Positions 45,175 to 53,596 of a stretch of 64,000 bases of DNA are shown one piece after another. The DNA is from a virus. Lineage: Duplodnaviria > Caudoviricetes. A model generated the notes under the pieces. The model was not told where the DNA came from. It saw only the letters and a list, made by a program, of their open reading frames with translations, and did no database searches. Where the stretch lies: positions 32,001 to 96,000 of the IMG/VR virus record IMGVR_UViG_3300028833_000074; one strand, 5' to 3'. The first letter of the stretch is position 1, and every line of letters starts with the position of its first letter. A program made the position numbers and the translations under genes.

Positions 45175-45213
45175 AAAAAAAAATCCCCATTAAACATATA
45201 TTTAATGGGGATT
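45175..45213 (-). terminator. Hairpin + U-tract
   Basis: AATCCCCATTAAA-TATATG-TTTAATGGGGATT followed by a T run on the minus strand. Confidence 0.7.
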
Positions 45214-45287
45214 ATATTTAGTTATCAAGTTTGTCATGAGCCAAATGTTGAGAATAAAATATTCTACAATAATATATTTACAATCAT

Positions 45288-45304
45288 CATATATAAAGTT
45301 TTCG
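45288..45304 (-). promoter_or_regulatory. BRE-TATA promoter
   Basis: CGAAAAC-TTTATATATG. Confidence 0.8.
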
Positions 45305-45305
45305 A

Positions 45306-45557
45306 TTACTGAAACATCATATCAACATTTTCTTCTTGCTCATCATTTGGCTGTTGCAAATCATCCGCATAAACAATTTCTATATCAGATATATTTTGCT
45401 TATTAATAATAACAAACCTTTCTGTACCATCATCAACTGTATAACTTACACCCAAACAATCATCGTCTTCATAATCGATAAAGGCAAAATTATATAATGT
45501 ATCGTACGTAAGAACACGTACACATACTTTATTGACTTCATCTTTATTTACATTCAT
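45306..45557 (-). CDS. Small beta protein, possible Sm/Hfq-like fold
   Basis: VCVRVL...DYEDDDCLGV...FVIINKQNISDIEI resembles the Sm1/Sm2 pattern; start uncertain. Confidence 0.4.
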   Translation of the reverse strand: MNVNKDEVNKVCVRVLTYDTLYNFAFIDYEDDDCLGVSYTVDDGTERFVIINKQNISDIEIVYADDLQQPNDEQEENVDMMFQ

Positions 45558-45634
45558 ACCTTTTGATATCATTAAACTATAATTATTTGGCATAGTATCA
45601 TACAATATTTCTTTTTTGTTCTAATGTTTATAAA

Positions 45635-47656
45635 CTATTCGGTAAGTTTATGTCTATGACGCTGATTAAACTCTTCACGCTTGCCGGCATTGAATGTATT
45701 AATGCATAAATAATATCCGGTGATTCTGTCGAACAGTCTTAAATCTTTACTACCACAAATAGGACATACTTCAAGTTTATCATTAATTGTAAAACCACAC
45801 TCGGCGCAAAATGTAAAAACCTTACTATACGCCCAAAATATTGGATTACCAAATTCTAAAATACGTTGGTTTAATTTCCAAATGGCTTCTGCATCTGACC
45901 ATACTTCACCAGACCAAATATGAAGAATGTCACCACCAAGGGATAAGTGTGCAAATTTTCCAGCATTTTCAATATGCTTAATCCAATCCACACCACTTGA
46001 AACTGGGATATGATGGCTATTAGTAAGATAATAAGCGCCTTCCTTACCTTGAACCGGACATTGAGGATATTTTTCTCTATTTATTGTAGCAAATCTAAAA
46101 ACTGTAGATTCTGCTGGTGATGCAATCACACTCCAACGAAGACCATCTCTTTCAAAAAATTCTTGTTTTTTCTTGTTAATAAATTTAACAATTTGTACGC
46201 CCTCATCTTCGGCTTCAACAATATTTTTGCCAAATAATACTTCAAGACATTCATTTAAGCCAGCATATCCTAAAGTAATGGTTGTACGATTAATATCCCA
46301 GAGTGGCTCTTTTGTATCTTTATCGACTTGCAGTAAGAAATCTGATGTATGTTTATTATAGATAATATCTTTAACGACTTCTCTTCTATGTATTAAACTT
46401 TTGTAACAAATTTCACAAACATTATCTAATAATTCATAGAAATCATCGACATCACCATCAACTTCTAATGCCAATAAAGGAAGATTTATTGTGTTATACA
46501 TAAAATTACCAGTATTACAACAATCTTTGAAATAATCACCGGTATAATTCATAGGTAAAGAACTTCTGCAACCCATTGTGCTTCTTTCTAAATCAATACA
46601 ATTATTATAATAAATAGTTGGGTTATTCGCCCCAGTTTCATGGAGTATTTTGCAAGTTCCTTTATATTCATCCAAATCACCCTTACGAATGTTAAAGAGT
46701 ATATTTGGGAAACGATGATAAGCGTTTTGACCATCTTTATTGTTTGAAACTTCACAAACAGCCTTAAAGATTAGGTCTGCCTCTTCTTGATAGTCTTTAT
46801 ATGTTCCAATTGCAACTCCTTCAAAAGAAATTGCTGGCTCATCTGCTAAAACTGGTGGACAAGAAAGGTCTAATGCAATAGAAGAGAACAATACTTGGCC
46901 ACCACGACAAATAAGTGACATGTTACAGTTGAAAATGAATCCCTCAATTGCTTGTTTGATATCTCGGTAAGAGCGCCCCTTACAGAATGGTGATAATAAC
47001 GTATTGAAATTTACATAGCCTTGCCCCCCAGAAAAGACTGTAGCACCGGCCATCCATGCTTGAAGCATATGATTAAGTAATACTTCAAGAGATTTAGCCG
47101 GCTTTGCTACTGAACCCATTTCACCTTTACCATCTATTTTGAGTCCATTTTTAGCAAAAAATCTCAAATCATAGTTCATACAATTAGGTCTTGTCATATA
47201 GTACTCTAAATCATGAATGTGAATCAACCCTTCACGATGGGCTTCAGCACACTCTTCTGGCATCTTCAATAAAGCGTATTCCTTTGCTATAGAGTCGTAT
47301 GCATATTTGGCAATCATCTCTGGACTATAACCAATGTTAGCATTATCCTTACATCCATTTGCAATAAGGTCTTCAAACTCCTTAACACTCATACCAAGTT
47401 TACGATAGTGTTCTTCGGCTTCAAATTCTCTTTCTTGCAATAATTGTGATGATACTTCAGCACGAATTGCTGATGTAGAAATTTCAGCCATTCCATCTTT
47501 TTTTAATTTATAAAGTTTATTAGAAATTCTACGCTGAATTTTTTCGGCAAGTTTCTCATCAACATTAGTTTCGTCCATAATAGTCTGTGCAATCAAACGT
47601 GGTTTAAATTGCTCTTTACTTCCATCATTATGTATTACAATAATTTTTTCTGTCAT
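45635..47656 (-). CDS. nrdD: Anaerobic (class III) ribonucleoside-triphosphate reductase with ATP cone
   Basis: IHIHDL, PNC, SGGQ, MGCR, PAES, C-terminal CxxC..CPxC and RITGY glycyl-radical motif. Confidence 0.97.
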   Translation of the reverse strand: MTEKIIVIHNDGSKEQFKPRLIAQTIMDETNVDEKLAEKIQRRISNKLYKLKKDGMAEISTSAIRAEVSSQLLQEREFEAEEHYRKLGMSVKEFEDLIANGCKDNANIGYSPEMIAKYAYDSIAKEYALLKMPEECAEAHREGLIHIHDLEYYMTRPNCMNYDLRFFAKNGLKIDGKGEMGSVAKPAKSLEVLLNHMLQAWMAGATVFSGGQGYVNFNTLLSPFCKGRSYRDIKQAIEGFIFNCNMSLICRGGQVLFSSIALDLSCPPVLADEPAISFEGVAIGTYKDYQEEADLIFKAVCEVSNNKDGQNAYHRFPNILFNIRKGDLDEYKGTCKILHETGANNPTIYYNNCIDLERSTMGCRSSLPMNYTGDYFKDCCNTGNFMYNTINLPLLALEVDGDVDDFYELLDNVCEICYKSLIHRREVVKDIIYNKHTSDFLLQVDKDTKEPLWDINRTTITLGYAGLNECLEVLFGKNIVEAEDEGVQIVKFINKKKQEFFERDGLRWSVIASPAESTVFRFATINREKYPQCPVQGKEGAYYLTNSHHIPVSSGVDWIKHIENAGKFAHLSLGGDILHIWSGEVWSDAEAIWKLNQRILEFGNPIFWAYSKVFTFCAECGFTINDKLEVCPICGSKDLRLFDRITGYYLCINTFNAGKREEFNQRHRHKLTE

Positions 47657-47698
47657 GTTTTACAATCCTTTTTTATTCATTATGATGTATATTTTCTA

Positions 47699-47708
47699 TC
47701 ATATATAA
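47699..47708 (-). promoter_or_regulatory. TATA box upstream of nrdD
   Basis: TTTATATATG about 45 nt before the start. Confidence 0.7.
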
Positions 47709-47711
47709 AAA

Positions 47712-48362
47712 TCATATTCCATATACACCAACATTTAAACATAATTTGGTAAACATAATATCAAGTTCACTAATTTTTTTTTCAGAAATTTTACTTACAC
47801 GAATTATTTCTAATTTATTCATAATGTTATCTATATACACTTGTAATTTTATAATATAATTATCATCATCTTGCGTTAAATTCATTTCATCATCAATAAT
47901 TTTATAAATCTTATCAAAACTTTTAATTTCTACAAGCGTATTTTCAATTTCCTTATATTGAAAATCATTTGCACGTAATGATAAAATCATATTTTGTAAT
48001 TGACCAATGAATTTTTCAATAGGGGGATTGTCTATCACAAAAGAAATTATCTCATTAAACTCTTCGTTATCAGATGTAGCATTAATTAATAAATTATAAC
48101 ATGATGGTGAACCAATATTATAAATATAATATAAAATCACACCAAGTTCAATAAATATTACTTGATGTCCATCTATTTCCATTGTGATATCAGACTCTGG
48201 TTGCTTTACAAAAGATAAATAATTATTTAGCGAATTAATAAAAATACCATAAATATTATTATATTGCGTATAGCAACTTAAAACAACTACTTGCTTGTTA
48301 TCTTCAAAAGAATCAGCAATTAAACGTAATGTTTTATCATCAATAGGTTTATCTTCATTCAT
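47712..48362 (-). CDS. Hypothetical protein, possibly a degenerate nucleotidyltransferase-fold protein
   Basis: YGIFI...YLSF...EL...GSP..LL resembles YcgL/RlaP-type NTases but GS and DxD are missing. Confidence 0.35.
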   Translation of the reverse strand: MNEDKPIDDKTLRLIADSFEDNKQVVVLSCYTQYNNIYGIFINSLNNYLSFVKQPESDITMEIDGHQVIFIELGVILYYIYNIGSPSCYNLLINATSDNEEFNEIISFVIDNPPIEKFIGQLQNMILSLRANDFQYKEIENTLVEIKSFDKIYKIIDDEMNLTQDDDNYIIKLQVYIDNIMNKLEIIRVSKISEKKISELDIMFTKLCLNVGVYGI

Positions 48363-48864
48363 TATAATCCCCATCGTATTTTGTATCCACTCCTTGCGCT
48401 TGTAAATCAACTAATTGTGCAAATCTTGCACCTTTTTCAATGCAAAAATCTGTATTACGATGATTGATAATCAAAAAACTTAAATGTCCATCGAAACCAG
48501 CATCACCTAATGCTGTTTGTACAGACACGCCAGCACGCAACAAAGAAGAACGTGGCAAATAAAATTGCGCAGAGTCTGGAGCAATTTTAATTTTTTCTTT
48601 AGTAACCGCAATATAAGGTGTATTTGGTTGTAATGTATATACTTGCCTTAAACTACCTTTGACTTGTACAGTATTTGTATTAACATCGGTTTGTTGAGGT
48701 AAAACTTTAATATCTTTAAATAAACCATATATATGCATATTTGTATCTTCTATTGTTTTAATACAATCTAAAGTTAAATCAATACCAGTAGGTTGATATT
48801 GTTTATCATCCAGTCCATTATAACGTTCTCTTAAAATTAATTCACCATTAATCACTTGAATCAC
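48355..48864 (-). CDS. Trimeric dUTPase / dCTP deaminase family protein
   Basis: QPTGIDL, PRSSLLRAG, DAGFDG, GARFAQL, YDG.Y motifs. Confidence 0.9.
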   Translation of the reverse strand: MIQVINGELILRERYNGLDDKQYQPTGIDLTLDCIKTIEDTNMHIYGLFKDIKVLPQQTDVNTNTVQVKGSLRQVYTLQPNTPYIAVTKEKIKIAPDSAQFYLPRSSLLRAGVSVQTALGDAGFDGHLSFLIINHRNTDFCIEKGARFAQLVDLQAQGVDTKYDGDYNE

Positions 48865-49060
48865 CTAATTTTAATATTTTTCCTTGAGAAATATCCATAA
48901 AAATTTCAGTAGGTAATATTTCTCTCACTTCATAATTTTGTTTTATTGCTTTATCAATATCATCAACACTAATAATACCTATAAACTCATCATGTTCATA
49001 GATTAACAAAAAATTTTTCCACAACTCCCATACACTAATTCCTAATAAATCTTTATACAT
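48848..49060 (-). CDS. Hypothetical protein
   Basis: GGAGG RBS, coupled to both neighbours. Confidence 0.55.
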   Translation of the reverse strand: MYKDLLGISVWELWKNFLLIYEHDEFIGIISVDDIDKAIKQNYEVREILPTEIFMDISQGKILKLGDSSD

Positions 49061-49712
49061 TTTCTTCCTCCGCAACACGTTTGAAATTTGCGTAAACATC
49101 TTTAGCAAACACAATTGATGTTTTCTTTAAGGCCATCAAATGTAATCTTTTCTTATTATATGTTGGATTTTTATATTTATATTGCGTTTTATAATAACGA
49201 TATAATTCTGCAAACTCATCATCGTTTGCAATTAATTTACTCGTACATCGTATGATTGCTTTTTTTAAATCTTCACAGTAATCAATAGGGTCTTGTTTTT
49301 TATTGGCAACAATCTGCCCCCTACTGTATTTCTTAATTTTAGAATAATAATTTTTATTTCTTACAACTGGAGATAAACCAGCATATGATAAAAAATGCTT
49401 ACGATTTTGAAAACGCTGAATGTCACCTATCTCGACAATAAGTTCGGCAGCATCATATAAATTAATATAAGGTACTTTGCGTAAAAAACTCATATATTCT
49501 TCTGAAAAAAATAAAATATTTTGTATTTCATCTCTTAACATTTGCAAAGGACTATCAAAAGGTAATATACTAATATTTTCAAGCCTATTATATCTTGATG
49601 ATGATATATCACCAAAACTTATTAAACGATGTTTATTACTCTTTTGTGCATTAAAAACAGTTTTATTCGTGTTAAATAATATTGATAAAACTTTACGCTC
49701 ACTTGAATCCAT
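49053..49712 (-). CDS. IS110/Nop-domain protein lacking the RuvC domain (TasA-like)
   Basis: VPYINLYDAAELIVEIGDIQRFQNRKHFLSYAGLSP matches the IS116/IS110/IS902 (Transposase_20) motif; C-terminal LY..YK..Y...HLMALKK; no DEDD domain and no catalytic SG loop. Confidence 0.75.
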   Translation of the reverse strand: MDSSERKVLSILFNTNKTVFNAQKSNKHRLISFGDISSSRYNRLENISILPFDSPLQMLRDEIQNILFFSEEYMSFLRKVPYINLYDAAELIVEIGDIQRFQNRKHFLSYAGLSPVVRNKNYYSKIKKYSRGQIVANKKQDPIDYCEDLKKAIIRCTSKLIANDDEFAELYRYYKTQYKYKNPTYNKKRLHLMALKKTSIVFAKDVYANFKRVAEEENV

Positions 49713-49716
49713 TGTT

Positions 49717-50343
49717 TCACATCCTTAAAATATTATTTTTGGCTTTTTTAGATAAACGTGGTATTTTATCTAATTCATCTTCAGTTGCTGTTAATACTTT
49801 GCTTGGTTTTTTAAAATTTTTCAATAATGTGCGAGCAGTTTGTTTTCCTACACCATCAATACCAATTAAAACATTAATAAAAGCATTGGAATCTTTTTTT
49901 CTTACAATAGGATATTCTAATGGTTCTGTAGATTTATCAATATTATTAATAATTGATGAAATGCAAGAAACAAATTGTTTAAAGTTACTTGCAACAAATA
50001 CTGGGGTTTTATAACGAATCATCAACGACGCAATATTTCCAAATTTTTCATTATTTGTTTGTTGTGTCACATATTGTTCGTTCATTTTAAAATCATCATA
50101 AATAATAATAAATGAAAAAGGCGTTAATTCTTTCATTTGCAAAGCCTCTTTCTGAATTTGTCTATTTCGACAAGATGTGATAAAATCTTGAATTGTTTTC
50201 GTCTCAATTAATATATCTTTTTTACCTTCTTGTAAAATTGCAATATCACCAGAAATTAAACGTTCTACTTTCAAATCTGGAAAATAATTACGTAATTTTG
50301 CAATACGTTCATCATCTTCTCTATCATCAACAAGAATATGCAT
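49717..50343 (-). CDS. ERCC4/XPF (Hef-like) structure-specific nuclease with HhH
   Basis: VDDRE, GDI, IETKT..DF and IDGVG..TA HhH motifs. Confidence 0.9.
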   Translation of the reverse strand: MHILVDDREDDERIAKLRNYFPDLKVERLISGDIAILQEGKKDILIETKTIQDFITSCRNRQIQKEALQMKELTPFSFIIIYDDFKMNEQYVTQQTNNEKFGNIASLMIRYKTPVFVASNFKQFVSCISSIINNIDKSTEPLEYPIVRKKDSNAFINVLIGIDGVGKQTARTLLKNFKKPSKVLTATEDELDKIPRLSKKAKNNILRM

Positions 50344-50351
50344 ATAATCAC

Positions 50352-51281
50352 CTATAAATATAAATTAGCGCCACAACAATCAGATGAATTACAAATACCA
50401 TTACACTTTTGTGATTCACAACTTGAAAACAATATATCTTCTCTACCAAATAGATAGGAAACTTGATGTTCTTCTTCTACACAATGTTGAAATTTTTCAT
50501 CAGATAAATGATTTCGCAAAATCTCAACAACTTCTTCTTCAGTATATCCATCATCACGTAAATATATAATTAATTCACGACGCTCATGATATCCTAAATT
50601 TGCATTAGATAGAAGATAATCAATACAAGGTGGAAACTTGGCACTAAAATGAATATCATTCAATATAACTTCGTGTTTAGTTGTGATAATATCTTCATCC
50701 AATGGCAACAAAGAAACATAATCTTGACCGATAATATAATCGGCATGTCCATTGTATGATTTTGCCATTTGACAAATGTCTTCGTAAGATAATTCACATA
50801 ATTGATGATATTCAATTGGTATGCAATATAAACCAGTTTTTAAATTTTTAGTGCCAAGTATACGAGAAACTCTACGAGTATCTCCAACAACAGATGGGTC
50901 CGAATATGTGTTGGTTCTCCGATGTAAATTTTTTACCCACTTTTTTATCGCCAATTTAGGTTGTTTTAATTGTTCGTTATGAGTTAAAATAAAAATATGA
51001 AAGCCTCGACCACTAAAACGAATATAAAATTTTACACCCAAATCGTAAAGATAAAACGCAACCTTACGTACATCATCATAGAACTTTAAATCTGTATCAT
51101 AATCAAAATCAAGAAAAATTTTATCAATATAAGCATTTGGTGCTATTGGTTCTCCAACATAAGAATATACAGATTGATAAATATTTTTTTTTCCATTATA
51201 TAATGCAATAAATTTATCAATATCAGCATCATCTGTAATTGTTATTCTTATTTTGGGAATAAAAATTTCTTTAACCATCAT
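50352..51281 (-). CDS. Archaeo-eukaryotic primase, PriS fused to a PriL-like C-terminal domain
   Basis: FLDFD, FSGRGFH, D..V.DTRRVSR motifs; C-terminal FPPCI..HERR..SC...C..C. Confidence 0.85.
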   Translation of the reverse strand: MMVKEIFIPKIRITITDDADIDKFIALYNGKKNIYQSVYSYVGEPIAPNAYIDKIFLDFDYDTDLKFYDDVRKVAFYLYDLGVKFYIRFSGRGFHIFILTHNEQLKQPKLAIKKWVKNLHRRTNTYSDPSVVGDTRRVSRILGTKNLKTGLYCIPIEYHQLCELSYEDICQMAKSYNGHADYIIGQDYVSLLPLDEDIITTKHEVILNDIHFSAKFPPCIDYLLSNANLGYHERRELIIYLRDDGYTEEEVVEILRNHLSDEKFQHCVEEEHQVSYLFGREDILFSSCESQKCNGICNSSDCCGANLYL

Positions 51282-51667
51282 TCTAACATCTCGATATAAT
51301 GTTCAAATTCATTGTCTAAAACCATTTCGGCTAATTTAATCGCAAATTGACATCCGGGGTCAAGCATTAGGCCACTATTATAATCAATCACATAAAATGG
51401 CCATTCGGTACATGCATCGAATCTCGTTTCATATTCATTACATGTTTTACCATTAAAATATTGACAATCAATTGTGCGACAACAATCACCACATTGCTTA
51501 CAAAATTCTGGATGTTCTTGCACCATATTATATGTGAAATAAGAATCTGGTGCTTGTAATAAAACTGTTTCAATAATATCTGCTACCATTTCATCCCCTA
51601 TATTAGGATATTTAAGTGTGTATTTGTCTAACATTTTTTTTATAAATTTTAAATGATTAATAGGCAT
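51278..51667 (-). CDS. YkgJ-family CxxCxxCC metal-cluster protein
   Basis: CKQCGDCC, CQYF, C..YETR..C..WPF. Confidence 0.85.
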   Translation of the reverse strand: MPINHLKFIKKMLDKYTLKYPNIGDEMVADIIETVLLQAPDSYFTYNMVQEHPEFCKQCGDCCRTIDCQYFNGKTCNEYETRFDACTEWPFYVIDYNSGLMLDPGCQFAIKLAEMVLDNEFEHYIEMLE

Positions 51668-52383
51668 TAAAAACCACCTTCTTCTTCACACACTTCTTTA
51701 TAAGCACAATAATCACATAAGAATTGCCTTTCTGCATAAAAATTTTCTTCTTTAATTTCTTCTCGAATAAAGTTTAATAATTCAATAGTGGCTTCTTCAT
51801 CTGCATGCGTAACAAAAGAACCCTTCTCTTGTGATTCGCAAAAATTAACGAATTTCATGCCACCATCTTTAGTGAATACAATGCCAGCAGATATAACCTT
51901 TTTGTTAGGAAATTCTTTTTCAACTAATAATTTATAATAAGTCAATTCTAACCGATAATTTTTAATAGGTTTACTTTTACCGGTTTTATAATCAATAATG
52001 ATTAAATCGCCAAACTCATCTTCTAAAATTAAATCACATAATCCAGAAAAATTAATATCTTCATTATATAAATATTCCTCTGCACTAAATACTGTATATG
52101 TTTCTTTTTCATCATGAAAAACTTCATCATAAAAACGTGCTAAATTAAATAAATGTGTTTTAAGATTAAATTTAGAACCACTTTCATTATATATTTTTAT
52201 TAATTGTTCATAAAAATCTCCATCTATATCGATATTTTTAATAAATGTTTCCGCAATATTATGTACATCAGTACCTAATTGCATAAATTCATTAGGTTGT
52301 TGTTTAAGTTTATCTATATACATATATTTAAATTCTCTACGACATTTTAAAAAACTATTGACAGCACTTTTACTTAACTTCAT
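51667..52383 (-). CDS. PD-(D/E)XK Cas4/RecB-like exonuclease
   Basis: S.S....CRR, GTDVH, G.CDLI, IIDYKTG, CDYCAYKEVC. Confidence 0.9.
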   Translation of the reverse strand: MKLSKSAVNSFLKCRREFKYMYIDKLKQQPNEFMQLGTDVHNIAETFIKNIDIDGDFYEQLIKIYNESGSKFNLKTHLFNLARFYDEVFHDEKETYTVFSAEEYLYNEDINFSGLCDLILEDEFGDLIIIDYKTGKSKPIKNYRLELTYYKLLVEKEFPNKKVISAGIVFTKDGGMKFVNFCESQEKGSFVTHADEEATIELLNFIREEIKEENFYAERQFLCDYCAYKEVCEEEGGF

Positions 52384-52838
52384 AATATCTCTCCCTCTTC
52401 ATCAATTAATTCCCATACAATCTCTGCCGATATCCAATCTTCAAAATAACCTAAATTAATATAATGACTATGATAATACAATCTAAAAGGTTTATTGCGC
52501 TTTTGATTGATATGACTAATGTATTTAATTTTAGATGTATCCCATAAATCATATTTACGCAAGCCACCATCAGAATTATACTGATAATCACCACCCTTGG
52601 TAAAATTATATTCTGGTGAATATAAATCAATATAATATCGTTCTTTGTCATTCAATTCCGAAACAGCACATTCACATTCAACACGTAATTGATATCGAAT
52701 GGGGTCATCTTGTATTAATATATCAATTGGTTGACGCCCATGTGCATGATTTCTGTGTCTTTTATAAATATTACGACTTTGCCCAATATACAAAACCTTC
52801 ATTGTTTTTATATCAACATACGAATATATACCAATCAT
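52380..52838 (-). CDS. GIY-YIG homing-type endonuclease
   Basis: GIY..YIGQS..R..H, E..YI, YNFTKGG. Confidence 0.9.
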   Translation of the reverse strand: MIGIYSYVDIKTMKVLYIGQSRNIYKRHRNHAHGRQPIDILIQDDPIRYQLRVECECAVSELNDKERYYIDLYSPEYNFTKGGDYQYNSDGGLRKYDLWDTSKIKYISHINQKRNKPFRLYYHSHYINLGYFEDWISAEIVWELIDEEGEIL

Positions 52839-52872
52839 TCAATAACTTTAAAAAATCAATATGGGATTTTAT

Positions 52873-53592
52873 TTATATTCTTATTTGTCTAACATTATTT
52901 ATAAATGTTTCACTATCATTTGTTTGATACTCAACAAACATTCCAGTCATGATATCTCTTGGAATATCATTATAAGCATTTTGACAAGTAATATAATTTT
53001 TTACATTTTCTGGAGTACGCAATGACAAGCGTAAACATTTAGTACCCTTTTTAGATGTAAAATATGTTGCTTGTTTCACTAAAGCAATATCATTGTCGTA
53101 TTCATATGGATTGGCTTCGGTAATAGTTTCTTCAGCAATACCATTAATATAATTTGCTTCTAATACAAAACTATCATCTACACTAAAGTCAATCATGAAA
53201 TGCATATACAATCGCCCACCATATGAATGACAATTAATGATAATAACATGCCCAGTTTCAAAATATTTACCATAACGATGCACCAAAACCTCGCTACAAG
53301 AAACACTTTGATTTACATCCTTATTTTGAATATGCAAAATGGTGTATCCTTTTTTATTATCAACATCAATAATAATGCCCTTGACATATAACTCTTCTGT
53401 GTCATCTTCAATATCATTAAGGTCAGTAAGCAAATCATCATAAGGTGTTTCGATATTATCAATATATTCTTCCCTAATTGAAAAAGATAATGCAGAAAAT
53501 TCTTTAGCAAGAACATCTTTTTTAGAGTAATATTGATTTTCATTTTTAAAATAATTAATTAAGTCTGTCCTTTTTTTAATAATATCTTCCAT
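52873..53592 (-). CDS. OB-fold protein, probably the C-terminal part of the split DnaE
   Basis: KEFSALSFS (cf. EKE.LG.Y.S) then VKGIIIDVDNKKG OB strand; directly follows the polymerase core. Confidence 0.6.
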   Translation of the reverse strand: MEDIIKKRTDLINYFKNENQYYSKKDVLAKEFSALSFSIREEYIDNIETPYDDLLTDLNDIEDDTEELYVKGIIIDVDNKKGYTILHIQNKDVNQSVSCSEVLVHRYGKYFETGHVIIINCHSYGGRLYMHFMIDFSVDDSFVLEANYINGIAEETITEANPYEYDNDIALVKQATYFTSKKGTKCLRLSLRTPENVKNYITCQNAYNDIPRDIMTGMFVEYQTNDSETFINNVRQIRI

Positions 53593-53596
53593 AATA

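Noticed and set aside
49053-49712. Active IS110 insertion sequence
   Set aside because: No N-terminal DEDD/RuvC domain, no catalytic SG loop, no non-coding ends; the gene is translationally coupled to its neighbours
48848-50343. TIGR array adjacent to the TasA-like gene
   Set aside because: The flanks are fully coding, and I saw no approximately 36-nt periodic dual-repeat array anywhere in the window
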